DNA of 64,000 nt from Leptonemataceae bacterium (GTDB lineage: Bacteria; Spirochaetota; Leptospiria; Leptospirales; Leptonemataceae). The position numbers and the translations under genes are program-made. Positions within the stretch are counted from its first letter, which is position 1; every line of letters starts with the position of its first letter. Positions 28,988-38,921 of the stretch are shown one piece after another. Below the pieces are notes generated by a model. It made no database searches. It saw only the letters and a program-made list of their open reading frames with translations, and had not been told where the DNA came from. The stretch covers positions 5,760,001 through 5,824,000 of the forward strand of contig OZ245742.1 in assembly GCA_965227295.1 (NCBI GenBank), in the 5' to 3' direction.

Positions 28988-29539
28988 TTAAGGGCCCACC
29001 AGTTCCCGGAATTCATCCAGGCTGTAAAAACGCGCGTGCACGGGCGGCGGGTATCCGGTGAGGCGGCGCAGTAGATACGTCGCCCCGGTTTCTTCGTCCG
29101 TGCCCAATTCGATTCGGCCCCACTCCAGAGAGCGCAACGGATAGACACCGCCGACGGGTGCTCCCAGGATAAAAATCAGCTCGGCCCCGTCCTCATCCGC
29201 GGTGCCCGAAGGCATGACACTGCGCAGGCCCGAGAAAATGCGCACACGGATCAGGCCGCCGGGTTCCCCGCCGCCGGACTTAAGCACTTCCAGAACTTCG
29301 ATGTCGTACTCACGGACCGCGCCGCCGGAAGCCGGCCGGGATTGCCGCACGCGTCCGTGAAGCACAAGCACAGCCTTGTCCACCACCATGGCGGTGGTGC
29401 TGAATTCTTCCAGAGCGAAGACATGGCTTGCGGGCAAGAGCAGCAGCGGTAGCGCAAGCGCGTACACGAAAACCGCCGCACGCCCGGAAGAGCGTACGGC
29501 GGCATAAAGACGCGCGGCTGCAAACAATAGAGACGGCAC
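28988..29539 (-). CDS. Exported hypothetical protein (OB/TIMP-like accessory domain type)
   Basis: Signal-like segment; AVLVLHGRV...YDIEVLEVLK pattern; sits between thiolase and matrixin. Confidence 0.6.
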   Translation of the reverse strand: MPSLLFAAARLYAAVRSSGRAAVFVYALALPLLLLPASHVFALEEFSTTAMVVDKAVLVLHGRVRQSRPASGGAVREYDIEVLEVLKSGGGEPGGLIRVRIFSGLRSVMPSGTADEDGAELIFILGAPVGGVYPLRSLEWGRIELGTDEETGATYLLRRLTGYPPPVHARFYSLDEFRELVGP

Positions 29540-29549
29540 GCGTGCAACC

Positions 29550-30869
29550 TCAGGCGCGTTCGATCATCATGGCGCCGGCGACACCGCCGTGCGCACATGC
29601 GGTGATCAACACACGGTTCACATCCTTATTGTTTTCCATGACCATGGCGGCGTTCGCGATCAGGCGGATGCCGGTGGCACCGAAGGGGTGACCGATGGCG
29701 ATGGAGCCGCCGTAAGCGTTGATGCGACCTTCTTCGAATTTCTTTTCCCAGTCCAGGCCGGTGCGCTTTTTCATTTCTTCGAGAGCGCCGAGGGCGGTGG
29801 CCGCGAAGGCCTCGTGGATTTCGATCTGGTCGACGTCGTCGATCTTCAGGCCCAGTTCCTCGATGAGCGCCAGACTCGCCTCGGCCTGGCCGATGCCCAT
29901 GAGGTTCGGATGCACGCCTTTCATCTGAAAGCCGGTGAGATACGCCTGCACGTTCAGTCCGAGCGCTTTCGCTTTGTCCTCGGTGGTGACGATAACGCCG
30001 GAAGCGCCGTCGGAACGAGCACAGGCGTTGAAGATGGTAACGGTGGGGCCGTGGCTTTTCTCGATGAAATCGCCGTACTTCTTTTTGAAATCGTCGAAGG
30101 ACATGGCTTTGTTATCGAAGAGCAGCATGGCCTTGTCCATGCGCGACGGACTCTCGACGATGCCCTTGCGCAGCAGCACGGCTTCGTCGTCTTCCATCAT
30201 CTCGCCCTTCTCACCTTTCGTCGGCACGAGGTATTTCTTGTACTTGCCTTCGGTGGTGGCTTCGTAGGCGCGTTTGTAGCTCTGATACGCGATTTTGTCG
30301 CTCACTTCGCGGCTGAGGTCGTAGTTCTGTGCGACGACCTCGGCGGTTACTGCCATACCGTAGCTGGTTTCGCCGTCGCCGAGGCCGGCTTCCAGCATGT
30401 CCTGGATTTCCACGCCTTCCGGCAGATTGTCCGGCAGCGCCTTCTTGAGTTTATCGACGCTGTTCGTTTTGCCGTTCGCGCGCGCGTTCTTAACGATGAA
30501 CGGCATGCCGGTTTGCGATTCCTGGCCGAGAGTGAGGAAAACGTCGCCTTCTTTCAGCGTAATGCGGCGCGCGGCCTCGGCAACGGCTTCCATCGAAGAA
30601 ACGCAGTTTTGCGCGAGGGTCAGTGCGGGGATTTCGTCGCGCAGGCCGAGTTTGTTCGCGATGATGCGTGCCGGGTTCGGCGACATGGGGAAGCCTTCAC
30701 CGACGAAGACGCCGTCGATTTCCTTCGGGTCGATCTTAGATTGATCGAGGATGTCTTTGGCCACCAGGTAGCCGAGGTCTACGGAAGCGTAGTCGGCGAG
30801 ACCTTTCGAGATTTGCGCGAAGGGCGTGCGCCGGATGGTTGATAGTGCAATCTTGTTTTCGAGTTTCAT
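29550..30869 (-). CDS. Thiolase (acetyl-CoA C-acyltransferase)
   Basis: RTPF, catalytic Cys in QNCVSSM, SDGAS, HEAFA, GGSIAIGHPFGATG, CAHGG. Confidence 0.93.
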   Translation of the reverse strand: MKLENKIALSTIRRTPFAQISKGLADYASVDLGYLVAKDILDQSKIDPKEIDGVFVGEGFPMSPNPARIIANKLGLRDEIPALTLAQNCVSSMEAVAEAARRITLKEGDVFLTLGQESQTGMPFIVKNARANGKTNSVDKLKKALPDNLPEGVEIQDMLEAGLGDGETSYGMAVTAEVVAQNYDLSREVSDKIAYQSYKRAYEATTEGKYKKYLVPTKGEKGEMMEDDEAVLLRKGIVESPSRMDKAMLLFDNKAMSFDDFKKKYGDFIEKSHGPTVTIFNACARSDGASGVIVTTEDKAKALGLNVQAYLTGFQMKGVHPNLMGIGQAEASLALIEELGLKIDDVDQIEIHEAFAATALGALEEMKKRTGLDWEKKFEEGRINAYGGSIAIGHPFGATGIRLIANAAMVMENNKDVNRVLITACAHGGVAGAMMIERA

Positions 30870-30999
30870 AGAGTTTCCAGTTGGTGTTTCTTAAAGAAAA
30901 ATGCTTCGTCCAGCTTGATGGTGCAGGCAGGCCGGGTCAAACGTTTTCCCCGGGGCGGCCTGCGCCGCCGTTTTCAAGACGCGTTACATGCGCGGTGCA

Positions 31000-33252
31000 T
31001 CACGCGCTTTCTCTGCTCTTGCCGGAGTCGTCGTAACCGCAGGCCAGACAGAGGTTGTGACGACCTTTCTCACGCGAAGACTTTTCGAACAACAGGTTGT
31101 TGCACTCGGGACATAATTCCCCGGTCGGCCGATCCCAGGTGGAAAACTCGCACTCGGGATAACGCGAACAACCATAGAACGCCCGGCCCCGTTTCGTCGC
31201 GCGTTGAATGACGTAACCGTCCTTACAGGTAGGGCACGCCCCCAGGGGAATCGGCTTGGCGTTGCGGCAATCCGGAAAACGCGGACACGCAAGAAAGTAG
31301 CCGTTGCGTCCGATCTTTTTCACCATCTGCGTACCGCACTTTTCGCAGACGTAGTCGGTGGGTTCGTCGAGGGCGTTCTTCATCTCCGCGATGTTCTGCG
31401 CCGCGTCCTGCAGGACCACGGTGAACGGCGAATAGAACTTGCGCAACATCTCCACCCAGTCCAGCTCCGAACGGGAGACACGATCGAGGTCGTCCTCCAT
31501 GCGCGCCGTAAAGTCCGTGTTCACGAGATCCGGAAAATGTGCGCCCATGATACCGTCCACCATGAGGCCGAGTTCCGTGGGTTTGAGCGCGCGTTGAATG
31601 CGCACGACGTAGTATCGCTTAAGAAGCGTGGAGATCGTCGGCGCGTACGTCGAAGGCCGGCCCACGCCGCATTCTTCGAGGGTCTTCACCATGGAAGCGT
31701 CGGTAAAACGCGGCGGTGGTTGCGTAAAGTGCTGCTCCGGTTCCAGCTTGCGCAGCTTCAGTTCCAGGCCCTCTTCGAGTTCGGGCAGCGGGTTTTCTTT
31801 TTTCTTTTTGTCCTCGGGATTGAAGACCTCGGTGAAACCCGTAAACTTTACCGTGCGTCCGGTGGCGCGGAAGATCGTATCCGCCGCGGCAATGTCCACG
31901 GATGTATGGTCCGCAATCTCGTCGGCCATCTGGGACGACACGAACTTCTGCCAGATCATTTGATACAAACGCATCTGGTCTTTCGAAAGATACTTGCCGA
32001 TGCTCTCCGGATCGTGGAACGGATCCGTGGGACGAATGGCCTCGTGGGCGTCCTGCGCGGACTTCGACGTTTTGTAAGCGCGCGGTTCTTTTGCAAGATA
32101 GTCCGAGCCGATCTTGCCGCTCACGTACTCGCGCACGCGTTCAATCGCCGCCGGCGAGACCCGGGTACTGTCCGTACGCATGTAAGTGATGAGACCGGTC
32201 ACCTGACTGCCGGCGAGCTCCACGCCTTCGTAAAGTTGCTGCGCGACCATCATGGTTTTCTGGGACGTGAAACCGAGTTTGTTCGCCGCGTCCTGCTGCA
32301 TCTTCGACGTGGTGTACGGCGCCGTCGGCTGACGTTTGCGTTCTTTGCGGGTAATGCTCTTGATCGTCCACGCGGTGTCTTCGAGCGTCTGCGTCACCGC
32401 GTTCATGTCGGCTTCTTTCTTAATGTCCGCTTTTTTACCGTTAATGGAATGCAGGCTCGCCTTGAATTGCGATTTGCCGTGGGCCAGCTTTGCGTCAAGC
32501 GTCCAGTACTCTTCCGGAACGAAGGCATCGATCTCTTTTTCCCGCGCGCAAATGAGACGCAGCGCCACGGATTGCACGCGCCCGGCGGACAGGCCGCGCT
32601 TCACCTTCTTCCAGAGCAGCGGCGAAATGTTGTAGCCCACCAGACGATCGAGGATGCGTCGTGCCTGTTGCGCATTCACCAGGTTCTGATCGATGTCGCG
32701 GGGTTTCTGGATGGCTTCTTCGAGGGCGGACTTGGTAATCTCGTTAAATTCAATGCGTTTGATGTCGTCGTTCTTCGGACCGAGGGCGCGCGAGAGGTGC
32801 CAGGAGATGGCCTCGCCTTCGCGGTCCGGGTCGGCGGCGAGCAGGACCCGCTTCGTAGAACCGGCGAGTTTCTTCAGGCGATTGAGGATGCTCGCCCGGC
32901 CGCGTACGGTAATGTACTCCGGCTCAAAGTTATTCTCCGTGTTCACGGCAATGCGTGACTTGGGCAAATCGATGATGTGACCCATCGACGCTTCGATGAT
33001 GTAGTCTTTGCCCAGGTATTTGTTGATGGTCTTCGCCTTCGCCGGCGACTCCACAATCACGAGGGTCTTCTTACTGTTGTCCGTGCGCCGCGACGTCTTC
33101 TTCTTTGAAGCCTTTTTTTTCGAGGCCTTCTTCGCGGTTTTTTTGGCCGTCTTTTTGCCGGCCGTCTTTTTTTTCACGGCGACCTCTTCCATGGCCGTCG
33201 CCTCCGGCTCTTCGCCGACGGCGCTCTCATTCTCGCTGTCCTGCTCCATCAT
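31000..33252 (-). CDS. topA: DNA topoisomerase I
   Basis: VIVESPAKAKTI, DPDREGEAI, SAGRVQS, ITYMRTDS, QDAHEAIRPT, GRPSTY, C-terminal C4 zinc ribbons. Confidence 0.97.
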   Translation of the reverse strand: MMEQDSENESAVGEEPEATAMEEVAVKKKTAGKKTAKKTAKKASKKKASKKKTSRRTDNSKKTLVIVESPAKAKTINKYLGKDYIIEASMGHIIDLPKSRIAVNTENNFEPEYITVRGRASILNRLKKLAGSTKRVLLAADPDREGEAISWHLSRALGPKNDDIKRIEFNEITKSALEEAIQKPRDIDQNLVNAQQARRILDRLVGYNISPLLWKKVKRGLSAGRVQSVALRLICAREKEIDAFVPEEYWTLDAKLAHGKSQFKASLHSINGKKADIKKEADMNAVTQTLEDTAWTIKSITRKERKRQPTAPYTTSKMQQDAANKLGFTSQKTMMVAQQLYEGVELAGSQVTGLITYMRTDSTRVSPAAIERVREYVSGKIGSDYLAKEPRAYKTSKSAQDAHEAIRPTDPFHDPESIGKYLSKDQMRLYQMIWQKFVSSQMADEIADHTSVDIAAADTIFRATGRTVKFTGFTEVFNPEDKKKKENPLPELEEGLELKLRKLEPEQHFTQPPPRFTDASMVKTLEECGVGRPSTYAPTISTLLKRYYVVRIQRALKPTELGLMVDGIMGAHFPDLVNTDFTARMEDDLDRVSRSELDWVEMLRKFYSPFTVVLQDAAQNIAEMKNALDEPTDYVCEKCGTQMVKKIGRNGYFLACPRFPDCRNAKPIPLGACPTCKDGYVIQRATKRGRAFYGCSRYPECEFSTWDRPTGELCPECNNLLFEKSSREKGRHNLCLACGYDDSGKSRESA

Positions 33253-33403
33253 ACCTCAAAAATCCTGCTGTTCTGGCTCGTGCTTATGTCGGATGCACGC
33301 GTACGCCCGTTTGTCATGTAATATTCGGACGAACCAGCATTTTTTTACGAATTTTCTTCCATATATATGCGAATGTCCACGGATACGGCAAGAATTTCAG
33401 CAT

Positions 33404-34486
33404 TCAGGAGCGAAGATAATACCGCCCGCCGAGCCAACGGAGCCGCCCGGCAGCCACGTCTCGCCGAAAATTGCGCCAGGCGCAGAGGCCCGATCCGCCG
33501 TCCGGGCGATATTCCGGTTCTTCGACCACGCGCCCCTCCAGTTCAGGGACCGGCAGCGGATCGGCCCCCTCGTCCAGTAGAGACCGCGCACCCTCGTTCG
33601 TTCCAGGCAGAGCTTCAAAGACAGGATGATCGAAGGCCCGCACGTCCCGTCCCTCGTCCATGGCGTAGCGAGCGGAAATCATGGCTCCACTCTTTTGCGG
33701 CGCCTGGAGCACCGTGATCGATCGACTCATGCCGGCAATGATTCGGTTCCGCCTCGGGAAATGCCCCGGCCGAACCGGGACGTGCGGAGGGAACTCCGAC
33801 ACTAGGCAGAACGGCACTCCGGCAGCGGTGGCCCGACGCGGGATGTCCAGGTTCGCCCGCGGTCCCGCATGGTCCAGGCCGGCCCCGAGCACGGCAATGC
33901 CCGGAAGGCCGTGCCGAACGGCGGCCAGGTGCGCCAGACGATCGGCTCCCAGAGCCAGGCCGGAAACGATACTTACCGGCCCCCGGCACGCCAGGCCCGC
34001 GACCACACTCTCCGCCACGATATGGCAAATGGATAGAGGGCGGCGCGTACCGACGACGGCATGCGCTTCGCCTGGCCCGGGGTCCGGCCGACCCGCGACA
34101 GGCCAACACGGTTCGCCCTCGTAGAACAGGACCGGCGGCGGATCGTAGATTTCCGCGAGGCCGTCCGGATAATCGGGCTCGGCCACGGTGACGAAGCCGC
34201 GGTTCGGCCCCGGCTCGCGATTTCGGTAGCCCCTGGCTTCTTCGCGGGCCCGCTGCAGCTCCCGCGGCTTGTAGTGGCACCGCAGAAACTTCCACAATGC
34301 CTGGCGGGACCCTTCGCCTGGATCCACAAAGAGGCCAGGCTCCTGCCCGCGGGCCGCCGGGCCGAACAGACCGCCGGCCGCGTAGACGCTGCGCCGGTAC
34401 GGAAGCGAGGCCAGAAATACGGCAGCCTCGTAGCTGAGAGCGAGCCCGGACGCCGACCGGGACAGGACAGGAGAGCCATCGTGCAT
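33404..34486 (-). CDS. dprA: DNA-processing protein DprA
   Basis: YP..L.EIYDPPPVLF, AVVGTR, IVSGLALGAD, SEFPP, FPRRNRIIAG, SGAMISA; conserved dprA-topA synteny. Confidence 0.92.
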   Translation of the reverse strand: MHDGSPVLSRSASGLALSYEAAVFLASLPYRRSVYAAGGLFGPAARGQEPGLFVDPGEGSRQALWKFLRCHYKPRELQRAREEARGYRNREPGPNRGFVTVAEPDYPDGLAEIYDPPPVLFYEGEPCWPVAGRPDPGPGEAHAVVGTRRPLSICHIVAESVVAGLACRGPVSIVSGLALGADRLAHLAAVRHGLPGIAVLGAGLDHAGPRANLDIPRRATAAGVPFCLVSEFPPHVPVRPGHFPRRNRIIAGMSRSITVLQAPQKSGAMISARYAMDEGRDVRAFDHPVFEALPGTNEGARSLLDEGADPLPVPELEGRVVEEPEYRPDGGSGLCAWRNFRRDVAAGRLRWLGGRYYLRS

Positions 34487-34534
34487 GCGCCGGACATAAA
34501 GCCCATCATGCGATACGCAAACAAAATTTAAGAT

Positions 34535-35446
34535 TTAATTCGGTTCCAGCCCGCCCAGGCTTTCCAGGGTATCCAGGTTTTCCCGCGCCTGGCGGTAGCG
34601 CGGCATGTCGCTCAGGGAGCCCGGCAGCAGGCCCTCGCCATGCATGGCCTCCAGGATTTCCAGGATGCTGCGATACTGAGCCGCGGCGCGGTCGAGGTCG
34701 TCGACGGCGGCGTAGAGATGGCCGAGCAGAAAACGCGCGGAAACGTCGCGCCCGGAACGCGCGACGAGGTCTTCCAGTAGATCGATGGCGCGGGGAATGT
34801 CGCGTACTTCCGGGTCCTCGGTCTTGCCGTACAGCAGCGCGAGCTGATAGCGCGGGCGCACATCGTCGGGTTCGATGCGCATCAGGCGCTGGAAGAGATA
34901 GACCGCCGTTCGCCAGCGATTGCGCTCCCAGCCGTTCGCCCGGGAGGCGTTGGCGAAGCAGAGGCCGGCGTCAAAGAGGAGATTGGGATCGGGGCTGTGC
35001 CGGCGCAACGCCGTCTCGAAGTACGGGATGGCCTGATCAAACGTCTGCACGCCGCGGCTGCCGTCCGGTTCGCGTGCTTCTTCTCCGCCGACGGCCTGCT
35101 GCATGTAGAGGGCGCCCATGTCGTAACGACCGGCCTGCATGTAGGCCTTGCCGATCTTCCAGGCGAGCATGCCCTGGTGGTTCGACTCCTGCACGAGCTC
35201 CTGGATTTTTTCGTGCAGTTCCAGAGCCCGCGAGCGGCTGATGTTCAGATCGCGCTCCCATCGGGCGACTTCTTCGTCGTCCAGGCGCGGCGTGGCCGGC
35301 CGGCGTTCGCGGAGGCCCCAGTTACGCAGGCTGTCCTCGGCCTGCTCGCAGGATGAGAATGCCAGGCTCAGCACGGCGAGCGCTGCAGCCACGTAAAAGT
35401 GTTTGAACACTGCTGCGCGCTGCCGGATGATTTCATTGGTGCCCAT
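34535..35446 (-). CDS. TPR-repeat lipoprotein (start uncertain: 35446 or 35410)
   Basis: Lipobox AFSS-C; TPR-like helical repeats (A..Y..AL...P). Confidence 0.75.
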   Translation of the reverse strand: MGTNEIIRQRAAVFKHFYVAAALAVLSLAFSSCEQAEDSLRNWGLRERRPATPRLDDEEVARWERDLNISRSRALELHEKIQELVQESNHQGMLAWKIGKAYMQAGRYDMGALYMQQAVGGEEAREPDGSRGVQTFDQAIPYFETALRRHSPDPNLLFDAGLCFANASRANGWERNRWRTAVYLFQRLMRIEPDDVRPRYQLALLYGKTEDPEVRDIPRAIDLLEDLVARSGRDVSARFLLGHLYAAVDDLDRAAAQYRSILEILEAMHGEGLLPGSLSDMPRYRQARENLDTLESLGGLEPN

Positions 35447-35942
35447 GATCGAAGATTCTCCGCCCGTCCTACAATCTACGGCCGACGTCCTCGCGCAACT
35501 GGAACGCAAATGTTTCGAGACCGGCTGGTCCGCCGCCGACCTGGCATCCGCTCTTGTGGCACCGGCGAAAACGATCGCGCTGATCGCCGATGCGGAGAGC
35601 GACCGTGTAGCGGCCTGGCACGTCACCGAACCGGTGGAGCTTCCGGCGATGCCGGGCGGCTACGCGCTGCTGCGGGAGCTGGAACCCGGCCTCGCCGAAG
35701 TGCTGCGCATAGCCGTGGAACCCGAACGGCGGCGGCGCGGACTGGCCGGTAGACTGCTGCAATATGCGTTCACGGGCAACGACATTTTCACCGGCTCCGC
35801 CACGAACTTCCTGCTCGAGGTCGCGGCAGGCAACGCGGCCGCTGTCGCGCTCTATCGCAAGCATGGCTTCGAGCAGATTCACGTCCGGAAGTCCTACTAC
35901 GCAAACGGTGAGGACGCCTTGATTTTTCAAACGAAGTTCTAG
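35445..35942 (+). CDS. rimI: RimI-like GNAT acetyltransferase
   Basis: LERKCF..GWS, IAVEPERRRRGLA, LEVAAGN..A..LY.K.GF...RKSYY.NGEDA. Confidence 0.8.
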   Translation: MIEDSPPVLQSTADVLAQLERKCFETGWSAADLASALVAPAKTIALIADAESDRVAAWHVTEPVELPAMPGGYALLRELEPGLAEVLRIAVEPERRRRGLAGRLLQYAFTGNDIFTGSATNFLLEVAAGNAAAVALYRKHGFEQIHVRKSYYANGEDALIFQTKF

Positions 35943-35970
35943 ATACTGACGCGGCCGAGGCACAGCACGT

Positions 35971-36375
35971 ATGATTCACGCAAGCACAACGATTCTGGAA
36001 TTCCTGGGAAAGACCCGGCTCACGCCGTACGAGGCCCTGGGTTATTATTTTCTGAAGTTACTGCTGGTATCGTTCGCTCTGTATCTCGTGATCCAGGCGA
36101 TCGGCGCGATCCCCATGCTCGGCCGCTTCTTCCGCGCGTCCTGGGGCAAGCTGGTACTCTACATTCTCACGCTTGCCACGGCCGGGCTGCTCGCGTTTCA
36201 ACTGGTGCCGCTGCGGATTTTACGCGCGCTGGAACTTACGGGCGGGCCCAAAGAATTCGTGTGGCCGGACATTGTCTTTACCGCGCTCATGCTCGCGTCG
36301 CTGAGTCGCTTGTGGGAGTTGGGGCATCGCTGGATTGAAGGCAAGGTTTCGAACGCCGGTGGGCCGGAGTTTTAG
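35971..36375 (+). CDS. Hypothetical membrane protein
   Basis: 134 aa with three hydrophobic segments; follows the rimI-like gene. Confidence 0.7.
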   Translation: MIHASTTILEFLGKTRLTPYEALGYYFLKLLLVSFALYLVIQAIGAIPMLGRFFRASWGKLVLYILTLATAGLLAFQLVPLRILRALELTGGPKEFVWPDIVFTALMLASLSRLWELGHRWIEGKVSNAGGPEF

Positions 36376-37466
36376 CGAACCACCCACGGCTCCGGCAACA
36401 ATCGAACCCCGAACCGTTTCTCCACACCCGCCTGAATCTCCGCGGCCAGCTCACGCACATCGCGCGCGCTGGCGTTCCCGTAGTTCACAATCGCGAGCGA
36501 GTGCTTCTCGGAAATCCCGGCGCCGGAGTTCGGTGGGCGGTAACCTTTTGCAAAACCCGCGCGTTCGATCAACCAGGCCGCGGGTACCTTCACGGCATCG
36601 CCGGCTTCGAATGAAGGCGGTGCTTCGTTGCAACGCGCGCGCAACGCCTCGAATTCCGCGGCCGTAAGCAGCGGATTCATGAAGAACGAACCGCACGAGC
36701 GCGAGTTCGGATCGTCATCGTCGAGAACCATGGACTTGCCGCGCCGGAGTTCCAGCACGGTATCGCACACATGTTTGAGACGATCGTGCGGTGTTTCTTG
36801 CGATGTTTCGCCCTGCGCAGCAACATGATCTTCCAGCCGTCGCTTTAGCTCGGCATAGCGCACAACTGGCTCGGCGTTTTTGCGCAGACGATACGTTACT
36901 CTGGTGACCACGTAACGATCGCGGTCCTGTGATTTAAAGCGACTATCCCGGTACGCAAAGTCGCAGTCGACGTTCTTAAACTTCTTTTCTTTTAACGTTA
37001 AGCGGTCCAGACACACGACCCGATCGATGGACTCGGCCACCTCCTGGCCGTAAGCGCCGACGTTCTGGATCGGCGTGGCGCCCACCGTGCCCGGAATGCC
37101 CGCCAAACACTCGATACCGCCGTAACCGTAGTCGTGGACCATGATCCGCACGAAGAAGTCCCACTGCGCTCCGGCCGCGACGTCCACCAGCACCGTATCG
37201 ACATTTTCCTTAATGTAATCTTCACGAAACCTAATGCCCGTAATCGCGTTCCGGAGGACCAGGCCCGCCACGCCCTCGTCCGGGAAGACGACGTTACTCC
37301 CGCCGCCGAGGACAATGACGGGCATGTCGCGATCGTGAGCGTGGCGGAGGGCGGCGGCGAGTTCGGCGACGGAGCGAGCCTCATAGTAGTACTCGGCGGG
37401 CCCGCCGACTTCGATCGTGGTCAGCGGTGCGAGGGGGACGGCACGCTGGAATTCAACTTCAAGCAC
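36372..37466 (-). CDS. murB: UDP-N-acetylenolpyruvoylglucosamine reductase
   Basis: TT..VGGPA, LGGGSN, GIPGTVGATPIQNVGAYG, FAYRDSRFK, GSFFMNP, AAWLIE, KHSLAIVN. Confidence 0.95.
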   Translation of the reverse strand: MLEVEFQRAVPLAPLTTIEVGGPAEYYYEARSVAELAAALRHAHDRDMPVIVLGGGSNVVFPDEGVAGLVLRNAITGIRFREDYIKENVDTVLVDVAAGAQWDFFVRIMVHDYGYGGIECLAGIPGTVGATPIQNVGAYGQEVAESIDRVVCLDRLTLKEKKFKNVDCDFAYRDSRFKSQDRDRYVVTRVTYRLRKNAEPVVRYAELKRRLEDHVAAQGETSQETPHDRLKHVCDTVLELRRGKSMVLDDDDPNSRSCGSFFMNPLLTAAEFEALRARCNEAPPSFEAGDAVKVPAAWLIERAGFAKGYRPPNSGAGISEKHSLAIVNYGNASARDVRELAAEIQAGVEKRFGVRLLPEPWVVR

Positions 37467-38370
37467 GATCGCTGGCGGGGACCTTGTTACGCAGATGTTC
37501 TTTCGCGCGATTCCACAGCGCGTCGAGTTCCTCTTCGCTCAAGTCTTCGAAGGAGAGCGCGCGCTCGCCGGCATCGGCTTCCATCGTCTGAAAACGTTCA
37601 ATGAACTTCCGGTTCGCGCGGTTCAGGGCCGTTTCGGGTGCCGTCTTGACGTGACGCGCCAGGTTCACGACCGCAAACAGGAGATCGCCCAGCTCTTCTT
37701 CGATGTGACTTGCATCGTCGTCGGCAGCGAGGGCGTCTTCGAGTTCGTCCAGTTCCTCGCGAATCTTCGCAATGACGTCGCGGCGCTCCCGCCAGTCGAA
37801 GCCGGCGCGCGAGGCCTTCTTCTGGATTTTCTCGGCGCGGGAAAGCGCGGGCAGCATGCGCCCGGTTTCGTGCGGGATGCGTGAGGTTTTGTCCCGCTCG
37901 CGGGCGGCCGTGTCTTCGGCGGCGTAGGCTGCGGCTGCTTCCGGCTCGCCCCGGGACGCGGCACGCTTGCGGGCCTTCTCGGCTTTCTCGGCGGCCTTGA
38001 TCTCTTCCCAGTTCTTGAGAATCTCGCCGACGCCGTCCACGGCCAGGCCTTCGAAGACGTGCGGGTGCCGGCGCACGAGTTTGTCGGCAATGCCCCGGGC
38101 CACGTCCTCCAGATCAAAACGACCGTCTTCTTCGGCGATCTCGGCGTAGAAGTAGACCTGGAACAGGAGGTCTCCGAGTTCCTCTTCCAGATCTACGAAG
38201 TCCCCGCGATCCACGGCGTCCACGACCTCGTAGACCTCCTCGATGGCATACTGGCGCAAAGATTCGTAGCTTTGTTTGCGGTCCCACTCGCAACCGCCCG
38301 GCGCACGCAGGCGATGCGTGATTTCCCGGAGGCGCTGGAGCTGAGAGTCTGAAGGATTATTCATCGACAC
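37459..38370 (-). CDS. mazG: Nucleoside triphosphate pyrophosphohydrolase
   Basis: LRAPGGCEWDRKQ, EE.YE, two EELGDLLF motifs, KLVRRHPHVF. Confidence 0.95.
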   Translation of the reverse strand: MSMNNPSDSQLQRLREITHRLRAPGGCEWDRKQSYESLRQYAIEEVYEVVDAVDRGDFVDLEEELGDLLFQVYFYAEIAEEDGRFDLEDVARGIADKLVRRHPHVFEGLAVDGVGEILKNWEEIKAAEKAEKARKRAASRGEPEAAAAYAAEDTAARERDKTSRIPHETGRMLPALSRAEKIQKKASRAGFDWRERRDVIAKIREELDELEDALAADDDASHIEEELGDLLFAVVNLARHVKTAPETALNRANRKFIERFQTMEADAGERALSFEDLSEEELDALWNRAKEHLRNKVPASDRA

Positions 38371-38390
38371 TATGCTTCCGCCCGGCTGAT

Positions 38391-38903
38391 GTGGAACCGA
38401 TGCGTAAGAACTTCACCGGCGCCACGGGCGGCTATTCCATCGAAATACAACGGCAGGGAACCGGCTACTATTGTTTGATCGGAGGCGACGACCAGGCCGA
38501 TCAGCCGGTCCCCGTGGATCACTTCGAGATCGTGGAACCGGGGGTGTTTCGCATCACCCTGCCCGATGGCACCCGCCGTCGCGGGCGTTACCACATCGAA
38601 GACCAGACCTACTTTCTGCACATTGACGGGCGGACGTATCGCTTCGAGGAGGCCCGCCAGGACGCCGGGGCCGGGAGCGCCGGGGGCGAACACCGCACGC
38701 CGATGCCCGGCAAGGTCCTGGCCGTAGAAGTCGCCGTGGGCGATACGGTCGAGAAAGACCAGACCCTGCTGATTGTCGAGGCGATGAAAATGGAAAATGC
38801 CGTGAAGGCGGCGTTTGCGGGAGCGGTGAAGGCCGTGAGCTGCGGCGTGGGCGATCTGGTGAGCCCGGAAGATGTGCTCGTGGAACTGGAGGCGGCGGAG
38901 TAG
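38391..38903 (+). CDS. Biotin carboxyl carrier / biotin-lipoyl domain subunit
   Basis: TPMPGKV...VGD.V...EAMKMEN biotinylation motif, preceded by a BT-like domain. Confidence 0.9.
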   Translation: MEPMRKNFTGATGGYSIEIQRQGTGYYCLIGGDDQADQPVPVDHFEIVEPGVFRITLPDGTRRRGRYHIEDQTYFLHIDGRTYRFEEARQDAGAGSAGGEHRTPMPGKVLAVEVAVGDTVEKDQTLLIVEAMKMENAVKAAFAGAVKAVSCGVGDLVSPEDVLVELEAAE

Positions 38904-38921
38904 CCACCACCCGGCGCGGAC

